A stretch of DNA of 64,000 nucleotides, taken from contig OZ245365.1 of NCBI GenBank assembly GCA_965226495.1, positions 5,856,001-5,920,000 on the forward strand, written 5' to 3'. Below are positions 46,932 to 56,440 of this stretch, in pieces. The notes below the pieces were generated by a model. It was not told the DNA's origin, did no database searches, and saw nothing but the letters and a program-made list of their open reading frames with translations. Made by a program: the position numbers and the translations under genes. The stretch is from Candidatus Marinacidobacterales bacterium. Lineage in GTDB: Bacteria > Acidobacteriota > Vicinamibacteria > Marinacidobacterales > DATDRI01. How positions within the stretch are numbered: position 1 is the first letter of the stretch; every line of letters starts with the position of its first letter.

Positions 46932-48462
46932 CCTGGGGCACATCTTCGAAGTCCCGTTACGCGTCACCCCCGACGCGCCCGCCGTCTTTCAGGACGACAC
47001 GGTACTCTCGTTCCAAGACCTCGAGGCTCGATGTAATCGAATGGCCAATGCCCTCCGCGGGATCGGCGTCTGCGAGGGCGCGCGTGTGGCCCTGATGTTC
47101 AGCAACGATTACCGCTTCCTGGAATCAGCTTTCGGCCCGATGCGCCTCGGGGCGGTTCCGGTCCCGCTCAACACTCGGATGAGTGATGAAGCCCTGAGCT
47201 ACGTGCTCCACGACTCGGAGGCGTCGGTTCTCATCGCTAATCGAGACATGGCAGATCGCGTCCGGCTCATCGCGAAGGACGTGCCGAGTTTGAAAAACAT
47301 CATCGTTGATGCTCAGGCGGGCGATGGATTCCTTTCCTATGACGAGCTTCTCGACTCGCAGTCTGATCGCCTCGAGCATCGCCGCACCGATCCCGATGAG
47401 ATCTGCATGCAGCCATACACGTCCGGATCGACAGGTAAGCCGAAGGGTGTTCTTCTCACCCACGGCGGCCAGATTTGGAACACCGACATCTTGCGCAAGG
47501 CCTTTCACGCGGACCAGAGCGAGCGGGCCCTCATCTCCGTGCCTCTGTATCACAAGAACGCGATGATCGGAGCGGTCAAGCCTTTCTTGCTCGCCGGCGG
47601 CTCACTCGTGATCTTGCCCGGCTTCGATCCGCTTCAGGTGATCGAAGCGATCGAGCGCCATCGCGTGACTTACCTGACCGGCGTGCCGGCGATGTACAAA
47701 ATGATCCTCGCGGAAAGAGAGGCCCTGGCTCGGCATGACGTGAGCTCCATCCGTTACGCAGTCTGCGGCTCGGCCGAGGTCCCCGAGGAGCTTCTAGAAG
47801 AGTTCGGTCGTGTTTTTGGCGCGCCGATGGCGGAGAGCTACGGTCTCACCGAGGGTGGGCCGGTGCCGATCGTGAATTCACGGTGGGGACTCAAAAGGCA
47901 GGGAAGTTGCGGGACCGCTTTTCCAGGATGCGACGTGAAGCTGGTTGCCGAAGACGGGTCCACCGAAGTGGGCCCGAACGAAGTCGGGGAGCTTGCCACA
48001 CGCAACCCGGGTCTGGCGAAAGGGTACTGGAAGCGGCCGGAGGCCACGGCCGAGAGATTCCGCGATGGTTGGCTTTATACCGGAGACCTGATGCGCCGAG
48101 ACGAAGACGGCTTCTACTATTTCCTGGGACGACAAGACGACATGATCAACGTCGGCGGCGAAAACGTGTATCCCAAGGAAGTTGAAGACGTTCTTCTAAG
48201 GCATCCTCAACTAAAGGACGCGTGCGTTGTCCCGGTGCAGCACGTAGTGAAAGGAGCAGTGCCGGTGGCCTTCGTCGTAGAACGAACCGAGGGGCGAACT
48301 TCGGAAGAGGACATCAAGGGCTTTTTTCTCGAGAACGGAGCGGCCTACGCGCACCCGCGACACGTTTTCTTTCTCGAGCGCCTCCCGCTCGGCGGTACCG
48401 GAAAGCTGGACCGCGCCGCCCTCCGCGCCATGGCAGAGGAGAGAGTGAGTAGTCGTGAATGA
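46912..48462 (+). CDS. Acyl-CoA synthetase (AMP-forming)
   Basis: YTSGSTGKPKG, YGLTE, TGD, GRQDDMINVGGENVYP, GKLDR. Confidence 0.93.
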   Translation: MEMLPDNLGHIFEVPLRVTPDAPAVFQDDTVLSFQDLEARCNRMANALRGIGVCEGARVALMFSNDYRFLESAFGPMRLGAVPVPLNTRMSDEALSYVLHDSEASVLIANRDMADRVRLIAKDVPSLKNIIVDAQAGDGFLSYDELLDSQSDRLEHRRTDPDEICMQPYTSGSTGKPKGVLLTHGGQIWNTDILRKAFHADQSERALISVPLYHKNAMIGAVKPFLLAGGSLVILPGFDPLQVIEAIERHRVTYLTGVPAMYKMILAEREALARHDVSSIRYAVCGSAEVPEELLEEFGRVFGAPMAESYGLTEGGPVPIVNSRWGLKRQGSCGTAFPGCDVKLVAEDGSTEVGPNEVGELATRNPGLAKGYWKRPEATAERFRDGWLYTGDLMRRDEDGFYYFLGRQDDMINVGGENVYPKEVEDVLLRHPQLKDACVVPVQHVVKGAVPVAFVVERTEGRTSEEDIKGFFLENGAAYAHPRHVFFLERLPLGGTGKLDRAALRAMAEERVSSRE

Positions 48463-48851
48463 ATGAAAACGAAATCCGAATCGACGATTCTCCCTATCAG
48501 CGGTTTTTGGGCGTGGAGATGGTTCGCAGCGAGGACGGCATGGTGGAGATTCGATTGCCCTTTCGCGATGAATTTCTGAGACAAGACGGATCCGACTGGT
48601 TGCACGGGGGTGTGATCAGCGCTCTCATCGACCTCGCCGGCGATTACGCGATCACCACCAAAGCGAGCGGCAACGTTCCCACTATCGATCTGCGTGTCGA
48701 CTATCTCCGGCCAGCCCGTAAAGGAGATCTGGTCGCCGTCGGACGTGCTGTCAAAGTAGGCCGCACCATCGGTGTCGCCGACGTCGAGGTTCGAGATTCC
48801 AATGGAGCGTTGATCGCCGTGGGTCGCGGCACCTATGCCGTGCAGAAGTGA
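48459..48851 (+). CDS. PaaI family thioesterase
   Basis: LHGGVISALID, TIDLRVDYLRPA. Confidence 0.92.
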   Translation: MNENEIRIDDSPYQRFLGVEMVRSEDGMVEIRLPFRDEFLRQDGSDWLHGGVISALIDLAGDYAITTKASGNVPTIDLRVDYLRPARKGDLVAVGRAVKVGRTIGVADVEVRDSNGALIAVGRGTYAVQK

Positions 48852-48918
48852 CGCCTGGCTAGCTCCATGCGAGGCAACCGCCTATTTTGGCGTCCCTCAG
48901 TCAAAGCGCAGAGAGTGT

Positions 48919-50232
48919 TCAACGACGGAGAATCGGCAAAGCCAACGGCGGAGTGTTAATGAAGTCCAGCGATTTTATCTCGGCCAACGCTCTCTCGAGT
49001 GCGGGAAGGGGAGTCGGGTCGACGGAAATGACGAAGGGTAAGTTGTCTCGCTCGTGCCAGCTTTCCTGTAGCACCGAATCGATGTTGATCTTGTGACGAG
49101 CCAGGATCTCAGCGAGGGTGGCGATAATCCCCGGCTGGTCGCGGATAAAGAACCTTATGTAGAAAGGCCAGCTTTCTAGCGGCGAGAAATCTTCTGCGCT
49201 GGCGTTGTTATCAGCCGATGGAGCGGTAAAGACAGTCTTTCCTTGCCGCCAGCGAGCTGCATTCAGGATGTCGGCCACGACGGACACCGCCGTCGGATTA
49301 CCTCCTGCGCCCTCGCCGCTGAAGAGGGCAGAGCCGAGCCGCGCGCCAGTCACCTCGACCGCGTTCACCACTCCCGAGATCTTCGACAAGGTAAGCTTTT
49401 TGTCGATCAAGAACGGGCTTACCCACATAGAGACATTCTTCTCGCCGAGGCTTGCCACGCCCAGCATGCGTATCGTCGTCCCCATTCGGTTTGCGTAGAG
49501 GAAATCGACCGGATCGATCTCGGAAATACCCTGGGTAGCCAACTGCTCTGGCTTGGCCCATCGGCCGAAGGCGAGGGCAGCCAGGATCGTCAATTTGTCG
49601 GCGGTATCTCTGCCGGAGACATCGAGCGAGGGATTGGCCTCCGCGTAGCCGAGCTCCTGAGCCTGAGCCAAGACGTCTCCGAATTCCCGTTCCGTCTCCG
49701 CCATCTCAGAAAGAATGAAATTACACGTCCCGTTCAGAATCCCCCGGATGGAGAGAATACGATCCGCCACGAGAGAGCGTCGCAACAAGCGAAGAATGGG
49801 AATGCCTCCCGCCACCGACGCTTCGAAGCCGAGGTAGGCCTCCCTCTTTTCAGCCAGCTCTAGGTACTGGTTTCCCGACTCGGCCATCAGCTGCTTGTTG
49901 GCGGTCACCACAGCCTTTTGCTTCTGCAAGCCCTCCCGAATGATCCGATCGGCGGGGTCCGTTCCCCCGATCAACTCGACGATGATGTCAGCGGGGCTAG
50001 CCAGGAACTCGTCGATCGAATCGGTTACCGCAACACCTGGCGCCAAAGTGGAGAGATCTTTCTTATGGTGGCTGCGGTCGAGAATCAGGCTGAGCTCGAG
50101 ATTCGAACCGCTGGTCTTCTGCAAGCGGGCGCTATCTTCTTTCAGTTGCCGGACTACTGCGCGTCCCACGGTGCCCAGGCCGGCGAGGGCGATTCGCGAG
50201 CGGGGGGGAGAGCCCTTATCGCTTTTCGACAA
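48919..50232 (-). CDS. hom: Homoserine dehydrogenase with ACT domain
   Basis: GLGTVG, VVTANK, EASVAGGIP, GILNGTCNFIL, GYAEANP, GAGGNPTA, ACT DQPG. Confidence 0.95.
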   Translation of the reverse strand: MSKSDKGSPPRSRIALAGLGTVGRAVVRQLKEDSARLQKTSGSNLELSLILDRSHHKKDLSTLAPGVAVTDSIDEFLASPADIIVELIGGTDPADRIIREGLQKQKAVVTANKQLMAESGNQYLELAEKREAYLGFEASVAGGIPILRLLRRSLVADRILSIRGILNGTCNFILSEMAETEREFGDVLAQAQELGYAEANPSLDVSGRDTADKLTILAALAFGRWAKPEQLATQGISEIDPVDFLYANRMGTTIRMLGVASLGEKNVSMWVSPFLIDKKLTLSKISGVVNAVEVTGARLGSALFSGEGAGGNPTAVSVVADILNAARWRQGKTVFTAPSADNNASAEDFSPLESWPFYIRFFIRDQPGIIATLAEILARHKINIDSVLQESWHERDNLPFVISVDPTPLPALERALAEIKSLDFINTPPLALPILRR

Positions 50233-51466
50233 CGCGTTTCCTCTCGAGATTCTCGAGATCAAACTCGCGGTGGATGGCGCGGACCGCGTCGGGAAGCCGA
50301 TCGCGGTGAATCACGCAGGCGATCCGGACCTCAGAGCTACTGATGAGCTCGATGTTGATGCCCTCATTGGCCAGTGCTTGAAACATGCGTCCCGCAACGC
50401 CGGGCGTGCTCGCGATCCCAGAGCCGATCACGGAGACTTTGGCCACCTCGGTGTCCACCAGAACCTCGGTGGAACCAACCCCCTCGGCGATCTTGCGGAG
50501 CACTTCGGCTGACCTCTCGGCATCATCTTCGGAGATGATGACGGAGACGTCGTTACTCTGGTCATGCCGGATACCCTGAATGATGAGTCGGATGTTGATC
50601 CCAACATCGGCGAGCGCGGTCGAGATGTTCGCCGCTACCCCTGGTACGTCTTTGACCTGGGTCAAAGCGACCCTAGCCACATTGGGATCTCCCGTACAAC
50701 CGGTTATCGCTACTTTCTCCAACTCTTCCTCCTTGACGATGGTGGTTCCGGGGCGTTCGTGAAAACTGGAACGCACCTGCAACGGAACGTTGAATCGGGC
50801 GGCCACTTCGACCGATCGCGGGTGAAGGACCCGAGAGCCTGCCGCTGCGAACTCGAGCATCTCTTCATAGCTTATCCAGGGGAGCAGTCGCGCCTCGGGG
50901 ACGATACGGGGATCGGCAGTGAATACGCCGTCGACGTCGGTGTAAATTTCGCATAGCGGAGCTTCGAGAGCCGCCGCCAAGGCGGTGGCGGTAAGATCGG
51001 AACCGCCTCGGCCAAGTGTTGTGATCTCATCGTCGGAAGTCACTCCTTGGAAGCCGGCAACGATAACGATGTCTCCTCGTCCGAGGATATCCAAGATCTT
51101 TTGAGTCGAGATTTCCTGGATGCGGGCACGCGTGAAGTTGTCGTCGGTCTGAATCCCGCACTGGGCGCCGGTGAGTGCGGTTGCCTTCTCCCCATGCTCT
51201 TGAACCGCCATCGCCAACAAGGCAATGGAGATCTGTTCACCCGTTGTTAGCATCATGTCCAGCTCGCGAGCCTGAGGCTGCTTGGTCACACGCCGCGCCA
51301 TGCTGAGCAGCTGTTCGGTGGTATCGGCCATGGCGGAAGCCACGACCACTTGAGGAACTCCGCGACGGTGCTCGTCTACTAGGTCCTTGGCTACTTTGCG
51401 GATTTTCTCCGGCGACCCAACGGAACTTCCACCGTACTTCTTTACACGAGTACGGCGACCGATCAT
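50216..51466 (-). CDS. lysC: Aspartate kinase
   Basis: KYGGSSV, TLGRGGSD, IYTDVDGVFTADPR, two ACT domains. Confidence 0.95.
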   Translation of the reverse strand: MIGRRTRVKKYGGSSVGSPEKIRKVAKDLVDEHRRGVPQVVVASAMADTTEQLLSMARRVTKQPQARELDMMLTTGEQISIALLAMAVQEHGEKATALTGAQCGIQTDDNFTRARIQEISTQKILDILGRGDIVIVAGFQGVTSDDEITTLGRGGSDLTATALAAALEAPLCEIYTDVDGVFTADPRIVPEARLLPWISYEEMLEFAAAGSRVLHPRSVEVAARFNVPLQVRSSFHERPGTTIVKEEELEKVAITGCTGDPNVARVALTQVKDVPGVAANISTALADVGINIRLIIQGIRHDQSNDVSVIISEDDAERSAEVLRKIAEGVGSTEVLVDTEVAKVSVIGSGIASTPGVAGRMFQALANEGINIELISSSEVRIACVIHRDRLPDAVRAIHREFDLENLERKRVVEKR

Positions 51467-52719
51467 GTCGAGGCGCGGGCGGCGTGGACAGGCTGGTGTT
51501 GTTCGTACCACTCGCGGAAGACGCTCAATCGTGGACGCAGCACTGTGTCGACTTGGAGTCGAGAAGAGAACGTATCCAATGCTTTGTAGCCACTGCCGGT
51601 GATACCGACGACGATCGTATCTTTGGGATCGATTCGGCCTTGTTCGATGAGCTTCAACGTGACCGCGAGCGTCGTGCCGCCCGCGGGCTCGGTGAAGATC
51701 CCTTCTTTTTCGGCAAGCAAGTGAACAGCGTCCAGGATCTCGTCATCGGTGGCCGTCTCTCCCCATCCACCGGTTCGCCGGACTTCCTTTAACACGTATG
51801 GACCATCGGCGGGGTTTCCGATGGCGATGGACTTGGCGATCGTGTTCGGCTTTTCGGGGTCGACGAGATCGTCGCCGCGGTGAAGTGCGTGCACGACCGG
51901 CGCACACCCCTCCGCTTGCGCACAGTGGATCCGAACATCGCCGGACGCCCATCCGAGCCGTAGCATTTCCGAGAACGCTTTCGATACTTTCGGGAGGAGC
52001 GTCCCGCCGGCGGTGGGTAGAACCATGTGGTCAGGAACCCTCCAGCCGAGCTGCTCCACGATCTCGAAGCCCATGGTCTTGGCTCCTTCCGTGTAGTAGG
52101 GACGCAGATTGACGTTGACGAAGCCCCATCCGTACTCGTCGCCAATCTCGCAACACAGACGGTTGACGTCGTCGTAATTTCCCTCCAGGGCAACCATGCG
52201 AGGTTTGTAGATCAACGAACCGGTGATCTTCGGTGTTTCGATGTCTTGGGGGACAAAGATCAGGCTAGGAAATCCAGTGCGAGCACAATGAGCGGCGAGA
52301 GAGTTTCCCAGATTGCCGGTGGAGGCGCAGGCGAAGACTTGGTAGCCGAGCTCGGCTCCTCGAGTCAAGGCGATAGAGACCACACGGTCCTTGTAGGAAA
52401 GGGAAGGGTGGTTCACCGTATCGTCTTTCATGTACAGATTGGGAGCGCCGAGATACTCGCCGAGCCGTTTGGCGTGGACCAAAGGAGTGTAGCCGGAGTG
52501 GTGACCGGTTATGGGCTCGCCCGTTACAGGAAGCAACTCCCGGTAGCGCCAGAGGTTCTTCTCCCTGCCCGCGATGCGATCCGGGCCGGTATCGGCCCCG
52601 ATCCGTTCGTAGTCGTAGACCACTTCCAGCGGACCGAGACACTCCAAACAGTAGAAACTGCGGTCGGCGGGGTAGGCGGTCCCACACTCTTTGCACTCCA
52701 GGCCCTTGAGGTAACTCAT
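51463..52719 (-). CDS. thrC: Threonine synthase-family PLP enzyme with N-terminal zinc ribbon
   Basis: CKEC...CLEC, LWRYRELLP, SLSYKDR, ASTGN, EGAKT, IAIGNP, TGSGYK. Confidence 0.88.
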   Translation of the reverse strand: MSYLKGLECKECGTAYPADRSFYCLECLGPLEVVYDYERIGADTGPDRIAGREKNLWRYRELLPVTGEPITGHHSGYTPLVHAKRLGEYLGAPNLYMKDDTVNHPSLSYKDRVVSIALTRGAELGYQVFACASTGNLGNSLAAHCARTGFPSLIFVPQDIETPKITGSLIYKPRMVALEGNYDDVNRLCCEIGDEYGWGFVNVNLRPYYTEGAKTMGFEIVEQLGWRVPDHMVLPTAGGTLLPKVSKAFSEMLRLGWASGDVRIHCAQAEGCAPVVHALHRGDDLVDPEKPNTIAKSIAIGNPADGPYVLKEVRRTGGWGETATDDEILDAVHLLAEKEGIFTEPAGGTTLAVTLKLIEQGRIDPKDTIVVGITGSGYKALDTFSSRLQVDTVLRPRLSVFREWYEQHQPVHAARAST

Positions 52720-52822
52720 GATATCCCTTTCACCAGAGTCGGGTTGAGACGACACGACTCTGTCCATTTGATGGACTATCCTTCACGTTTCGGGGCCTCT
52801 AGCCAGTTGGGCCGGGAGCAAC

Positions 52823-52853
52823 AAAAAAAGCCCTTCCAATACTGCGGAAGGGC
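52823..52853 (-). terminator. Riboswitch expression-platform terminator
   Basis: GCCCTTCC-GCAGTATT-GGAAGGGC followed by TTTTTTT on the - strand. Confidence 0.88.
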
Positions 52854-52858
52854 CCGGT

Positions 52859-52966
52859 CTTATCTGCCAGGGCGACCCACTGAGGGCCTCCCGCGGGAGT
52901 TAGCACCGGTGCAATGCCGGTTGCTGTGGCATCCAAGGGCCCGATCCCTCTGCCACTCTGGATAAG
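52859..52966 (-). ncRNA. SAM-I (S-box) riboswitch
   Basis: CTTATCCAGAG-TGGCAGAGGGA-TCGGGCCC..GATGCCA-CAGCAACC...GGTGCTAACTCC...CAGATAAG; P1 CTTATC/GATAAG. Confidence 0.95.
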
Positions 52967-52974
52967 TCGGGGGA

Positions 52975-53003
52975 AGCGTACCGCGGGTCCTATGAGATGT
53001 CAA
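52975..53003 (-). promoter_or_regulatory. Sigma70 promoter TTGACA-N17-TACGCT for the riboswitch leader
   Basis: Perfect -35, 17-nt spacer, -10 about 8 nt upstream of the aptamer. Confidence 0.75.
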
Positions 53004-53059
53004 GAGTGGCGCCGAATCACACTGTTGCCCAAAACCGGCTGCCAGGCGGCCCTAGGGCA

Positions 53060-53485
53060 CTAGAGCGCGAAGCGCATGAGACCTTCGGCGGCGAGCATAT
53101 CCTCGAGGAAGGCCTTCATTTGAAGGCTTCCCAGGCGACCCCGCATCCGCCGCACGGTGCCCTCGATTCGCACGGTGGTGCCGGCGGGCACCCTCTTATG
53201 GAACTCGGCATGATCGATCCCCCGAAAGTAGATGGTGCGACCCCGGTTTTCCTCAGGATGCAGAACGAGGATTGCTCCCACCTGGGCCATGGCCTCGATC
53301 AGAAGAGTTGAAGGAAAGTACGTCTCGGCTCCATCCTTCAAGAGGAAGGTTCCGGTCTCGGCGATGCGAACGAGGCCAACGACGCGCTGGCTCGGCACGA
53401 GCTCGATGATTTCATCGACAAAGAGAAAAGGGTGGCGGTGGGGGAGGATCTTCTCGACGGCCTCCCGGTCGAAGACCAGACTCAT
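53060..53485 (-). CDS. FabZ-like 3-hydroxyacyl-ACP dehydratase (hotdog fold)
   Basis: ILPHRHPFLFVD, EAMAQ; the HFP motif is degenerate. Confidence 0.8.
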   Translation of the reverse strand: MSLVFDREAVEKILPHRHPFLFVDEIIELVPSQRVVGLVRIAETGTFLLKDGAETYFPSTLLIEAMAQVGAILVLHPEENRGRTIYFRGIDHAEFHKRVPAGTTVRIEGTVRRMRGRLGSLQMKAFLEDMLAAEGLMRFAL

Positions 53486-54237
53486 TGCGGCGCGCTCCGC
53501 GTTGATTCGTCACCCGTCAAGTCTGCCGCGGCGTTGGTGCGCGAGAAAACGAGAAAGTATTGGTAGGGGAGAATAGTGAGGCTCTCCACTAGCTCGAACC
53601 CGGTACGCTTCAGTTCCGAGATCACCCGCTCCTGCGGGACGCGGTGACTGAGCGGGGGCCCGACCTCCTCGGCCTCTTTGTCTCGTTTGAAATCAATGAT
53701 TGAAAAACGTCCGTTGGGTTTGAGCGCCGCCCGGATATTCGAGAGCAACGAGCTCGGCGAACCCAGCTCGTGATAAACATCGACCATAAGTACAAGGTCC
53801 ACGGACTCTGGTTCCAGACGCGTGTTCGCTTCCTGAGAGAGCACCGTGTTCACGTTAGTGAGGCCGAGCTCGCTGACCTTGCGCTCGACAAAGGCCAACA
53901 TCTCGGGCTGGATGTCCACCGCTAAAACTCGCCCGGAAGGACCGACCGCAGCGGAGAGGTACGGAACGAAATAGCCCGAGCCTGTTCCGATGTCCGCGAC
54001 CACGTCACCGGGCTGCAACTTCAAAGCCAGCACGGCCTGAGCTGGTTTTTGCCAGCCGTCCCGTGAAGGCTCCTCGAGCAGGTCGGCATTCTTAGGATTG
54101 AAGAGGCGGGGCGAACGGGGGGCTTGCTGTGCGGCAGTGAGCCAGCTACCGGACAAGTTCAGCAGGCTCAGCAGGCACGTCGCCAATAAAATTCCCAAAT
54201 TCCTCACCGGACTGGCGCCTTGTTTTGGGGTAACCAT
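53482..54237 (-). CDS. Class I SAM-dependent methyltransferase with signal peptide
   Basis: RDGWQKP, VADIGTGSGYF, AVDIQ, MVDVYHE, LPYQYF. Confidence 0.88.
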   Translation of the reverse strand: MVTPKQGASPVRNLGILLATCLLSLLNLSGSWLTAAQQAPRSPRLFNPKNADLLEEPSRDGWQKPAQAVLALKLQPGDVVADIGTGSGYFVPYLSAAVGPSGRVLAVDIQPEMLAFVERKVSELGLTNVNTVLSQEANTRLEPESVDLVLMVDVYHELGSPSSLLSNIRAALKPNGRFSIIDFKRDKEAEEVGPPLSHRVPQERVISELKRTGFELVESLTILPYQYFLVFSRTNAAADLTGDESTRSAPQ

Positions 54238-55374
54238 AGCACTACTCCAACACAGTCTGGCTCTGCTCGCGGAGGAATTGCTGGACGTGGTACGGCCCGC
54301 AAACCCCTTTGCCGCTCGAACCGCTCGCCTTCCATCCACAGAAAGGATTGACTCCTGGCCAGGCACCGGTGGTCGCACCACTCCTACGGTTCGCGAAGGT
54401 AACACCCGCTTGGATGCGGTCGAAGCAAAGCTCGATCTCTTCGCGATCCTCGCTGAAGATGCCGGCCGTCAGCCCATACTCCGTACGGTTCGCGAGCTCG
54501 AGAGCTTCGCCGAGCGAGTCGACTTCACCGATAGCAAGAAGCGGGATAAAGAGCTCCTCGCGGAACAGATGGTGATCGAGCGGAAGTTCATCGACGAGCG
54601 TCGGTGACACGAAATGTCCCTTGTGGAAGGGCTCGTCGGTAAGAAGTTCACCTCCGTAGAGGATCTCTCCGTCCCGCCGAGCGTCCGAAACGTGGTGCTC
54701 AAAGTTGCGGCAGGCCTGTTCGCTGATCAGAGGGCCCATGAACGTATCGCGGGCGAGCGGGTCCCCGACCTTGAGCTCCCGCGTCTTGTCTAGAAGAATC
54801 GCTTTGAAACGCTCCGTCACCGCTCGCTCGACGTAGACGCGGCTGCAAGCGCTGCACTTCTGACCACCGAGCCCGAAAGCCGAACGAGCGATTCCCTCCG
54901 CGGCCTTGTCCAAGTCTGCCTTCGCAGTGACGATCGTTGGATTCTTGCCGCCGAGCTCCAAGATGCAAGGTCTTGGCAGGTCCCGGGTGAACTCTTGGTG
55001 GATCTGGAGCCCGGTCTTCTTCGAGCCGGTGAAGACCAAGCCCGAGACCTTGGGATTGGCAACGAGCTCCTTACCCATGGTCGGACCGGTCCCGGTGACG
55101 AATTGGATGGCTCCCGGAGGCAGCCCGGCTTCCCGCAGAACCTCGTAGAGCCGCAACGCAGTCGAGGGTGAGTCGGGTGCTGGCTTGAAGACCACGGTGT
55201 TGCCCGCGATGAGGGCGCCGGCGATCATTCCGGCGGGCAAGGCCAGCGGGAAGTTGAAGGGAGAGATCACCACCCATACGCCATAGGGACGAAGCACATC
55301 TCTCGTCTTTTCGTTAGGAGATAATTTACCCATCGGCCGGTCGAATCCGTCCGCGTCTTCCATCTGTTTGCAGT

Positions 55375-56440
55375 CGCGAATTCATAAAGTAAGTGCAACA
55401 CAGCTCCCGGATGAGGTGACCTGGAATGTGCCACGATTCCTCAAACAACCAAGAATGGGGACTCGCTAATGACTTATTACCAGATCACCTCGGAAGAACG
55501 CTACACCATCGCGGCGCTGCGACGGGAGGGATTTTGCTCGGCCGAGAGGGGGCGCCACCGGAGCACCATCTCGAGAGAGGTCAGGAGGAACAGCTCACCT
55601 AGTGATGGATGCTACCGGCCGAGCAAGGCCATCGAGAGAACGAACGGACGACGCTCGCGGTCTCGCCGGAACCAGTACTTCACAAAGGCCGACTTTGCCC
55701 TGGTGGAGAAGAAGCTTAAGGCCGACTGGAGCCCAGAGCAGATCTCCGGCCACCTGCGCCTTCACGGCGAGCTCTCGATCAGCCACGAGACGATCTACAC
55801 CCACGTTTGGCGGGACAAGGAGGCCGGAGGACATCTATACCGCCACCTTCGATGCTCGCCCAAACTTAGACGCAAGCGCCACAACAGCTACGACAGCCGA
55901 GGCCGCCTGGCCGGGAAGCGTCACATCTCCGAGCGGCCGTCTTGTATCGACAAGCGCCGTGCCGTTGGCCACTGGGAGATTGACACCGTGGTAGGAAAAG
56001 ACGCGCCGGACTGCGTCACCACGCTCGTGGAACGAAAGACGGGCTATGCGCTGATCGGCAAACTGTCCGACCGCAGCATGTTCGGCACTAGCCAGCGAAC
56101 GAAGATGTTGCTCCGGCGGGTGCCGGATCAGGTCAAGACCATCACCGCGGACAATGGCACGGAGTTCCACGACTACGAATCCGTCGAGGAAGCGACCGGC
56201 GTCAAGTTCTACTTTGCAACTCCCTATCACTCATGGGAGAGAGGCAGCAACGAGAACTTCAATGGATTGCTACGACAATACCTGCCGAAGCGCACCAGCC
56301 AAGCAGCGCTCACGCAACGCCACTGCGATGGTATCGCAAAGAAGCTCAACACACGGCCCCGCAAGAGGCTCGGTTACCGCACACCGGAGGAACGTTTCCA
56401 TGGGAACTAACGAATGGTGCGCTTCAAACTTGAAGTCACA
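55375..56440 (+). mobile_element. IS30 family insertion sequence (1066 bp)
   Basis: 26-bp imperfect terminal IRs (15/26 identical) and 3-bp target duplication AGT at 55372-74 and 56441-43. Confidence 0.93.
55469..56410 (+). CDS. IS30 family transposase
   Basis: GRHRSTISRE, WSPEQI, SHETIY, GHWEIDTV, TADNGTEF, WERGSNENFNGLLRQY, LNTRPRKRLGY. Confidence 0.95.
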   Translation: MTYYQITSEERYTIAALRREGFCSAERGRHRSTISREVRRNSSPSDGCYRPSKAIERTNGRRSRSRRNQYFTKADFALVEKKLKADWSPEQISGHLRLHGELSISHETIYTHVWRDKEAGGHLYRHLRCSPKLRRKRHNSYDSRGRLAGKRHISERPSCIDKRRAVGHWEIDTVVGKDAPDCVTTLVERKTGYALIGKLSDRSMFGTSQRTKMLLRRVPDQVKTITADNGTEFHDYESVEEATGVKFYFATPYHSWERGSNENFNGLLRQYLPKRTSQAALTQRHCDGIAKKLNTRPRKRLGYRTPEERFHGN

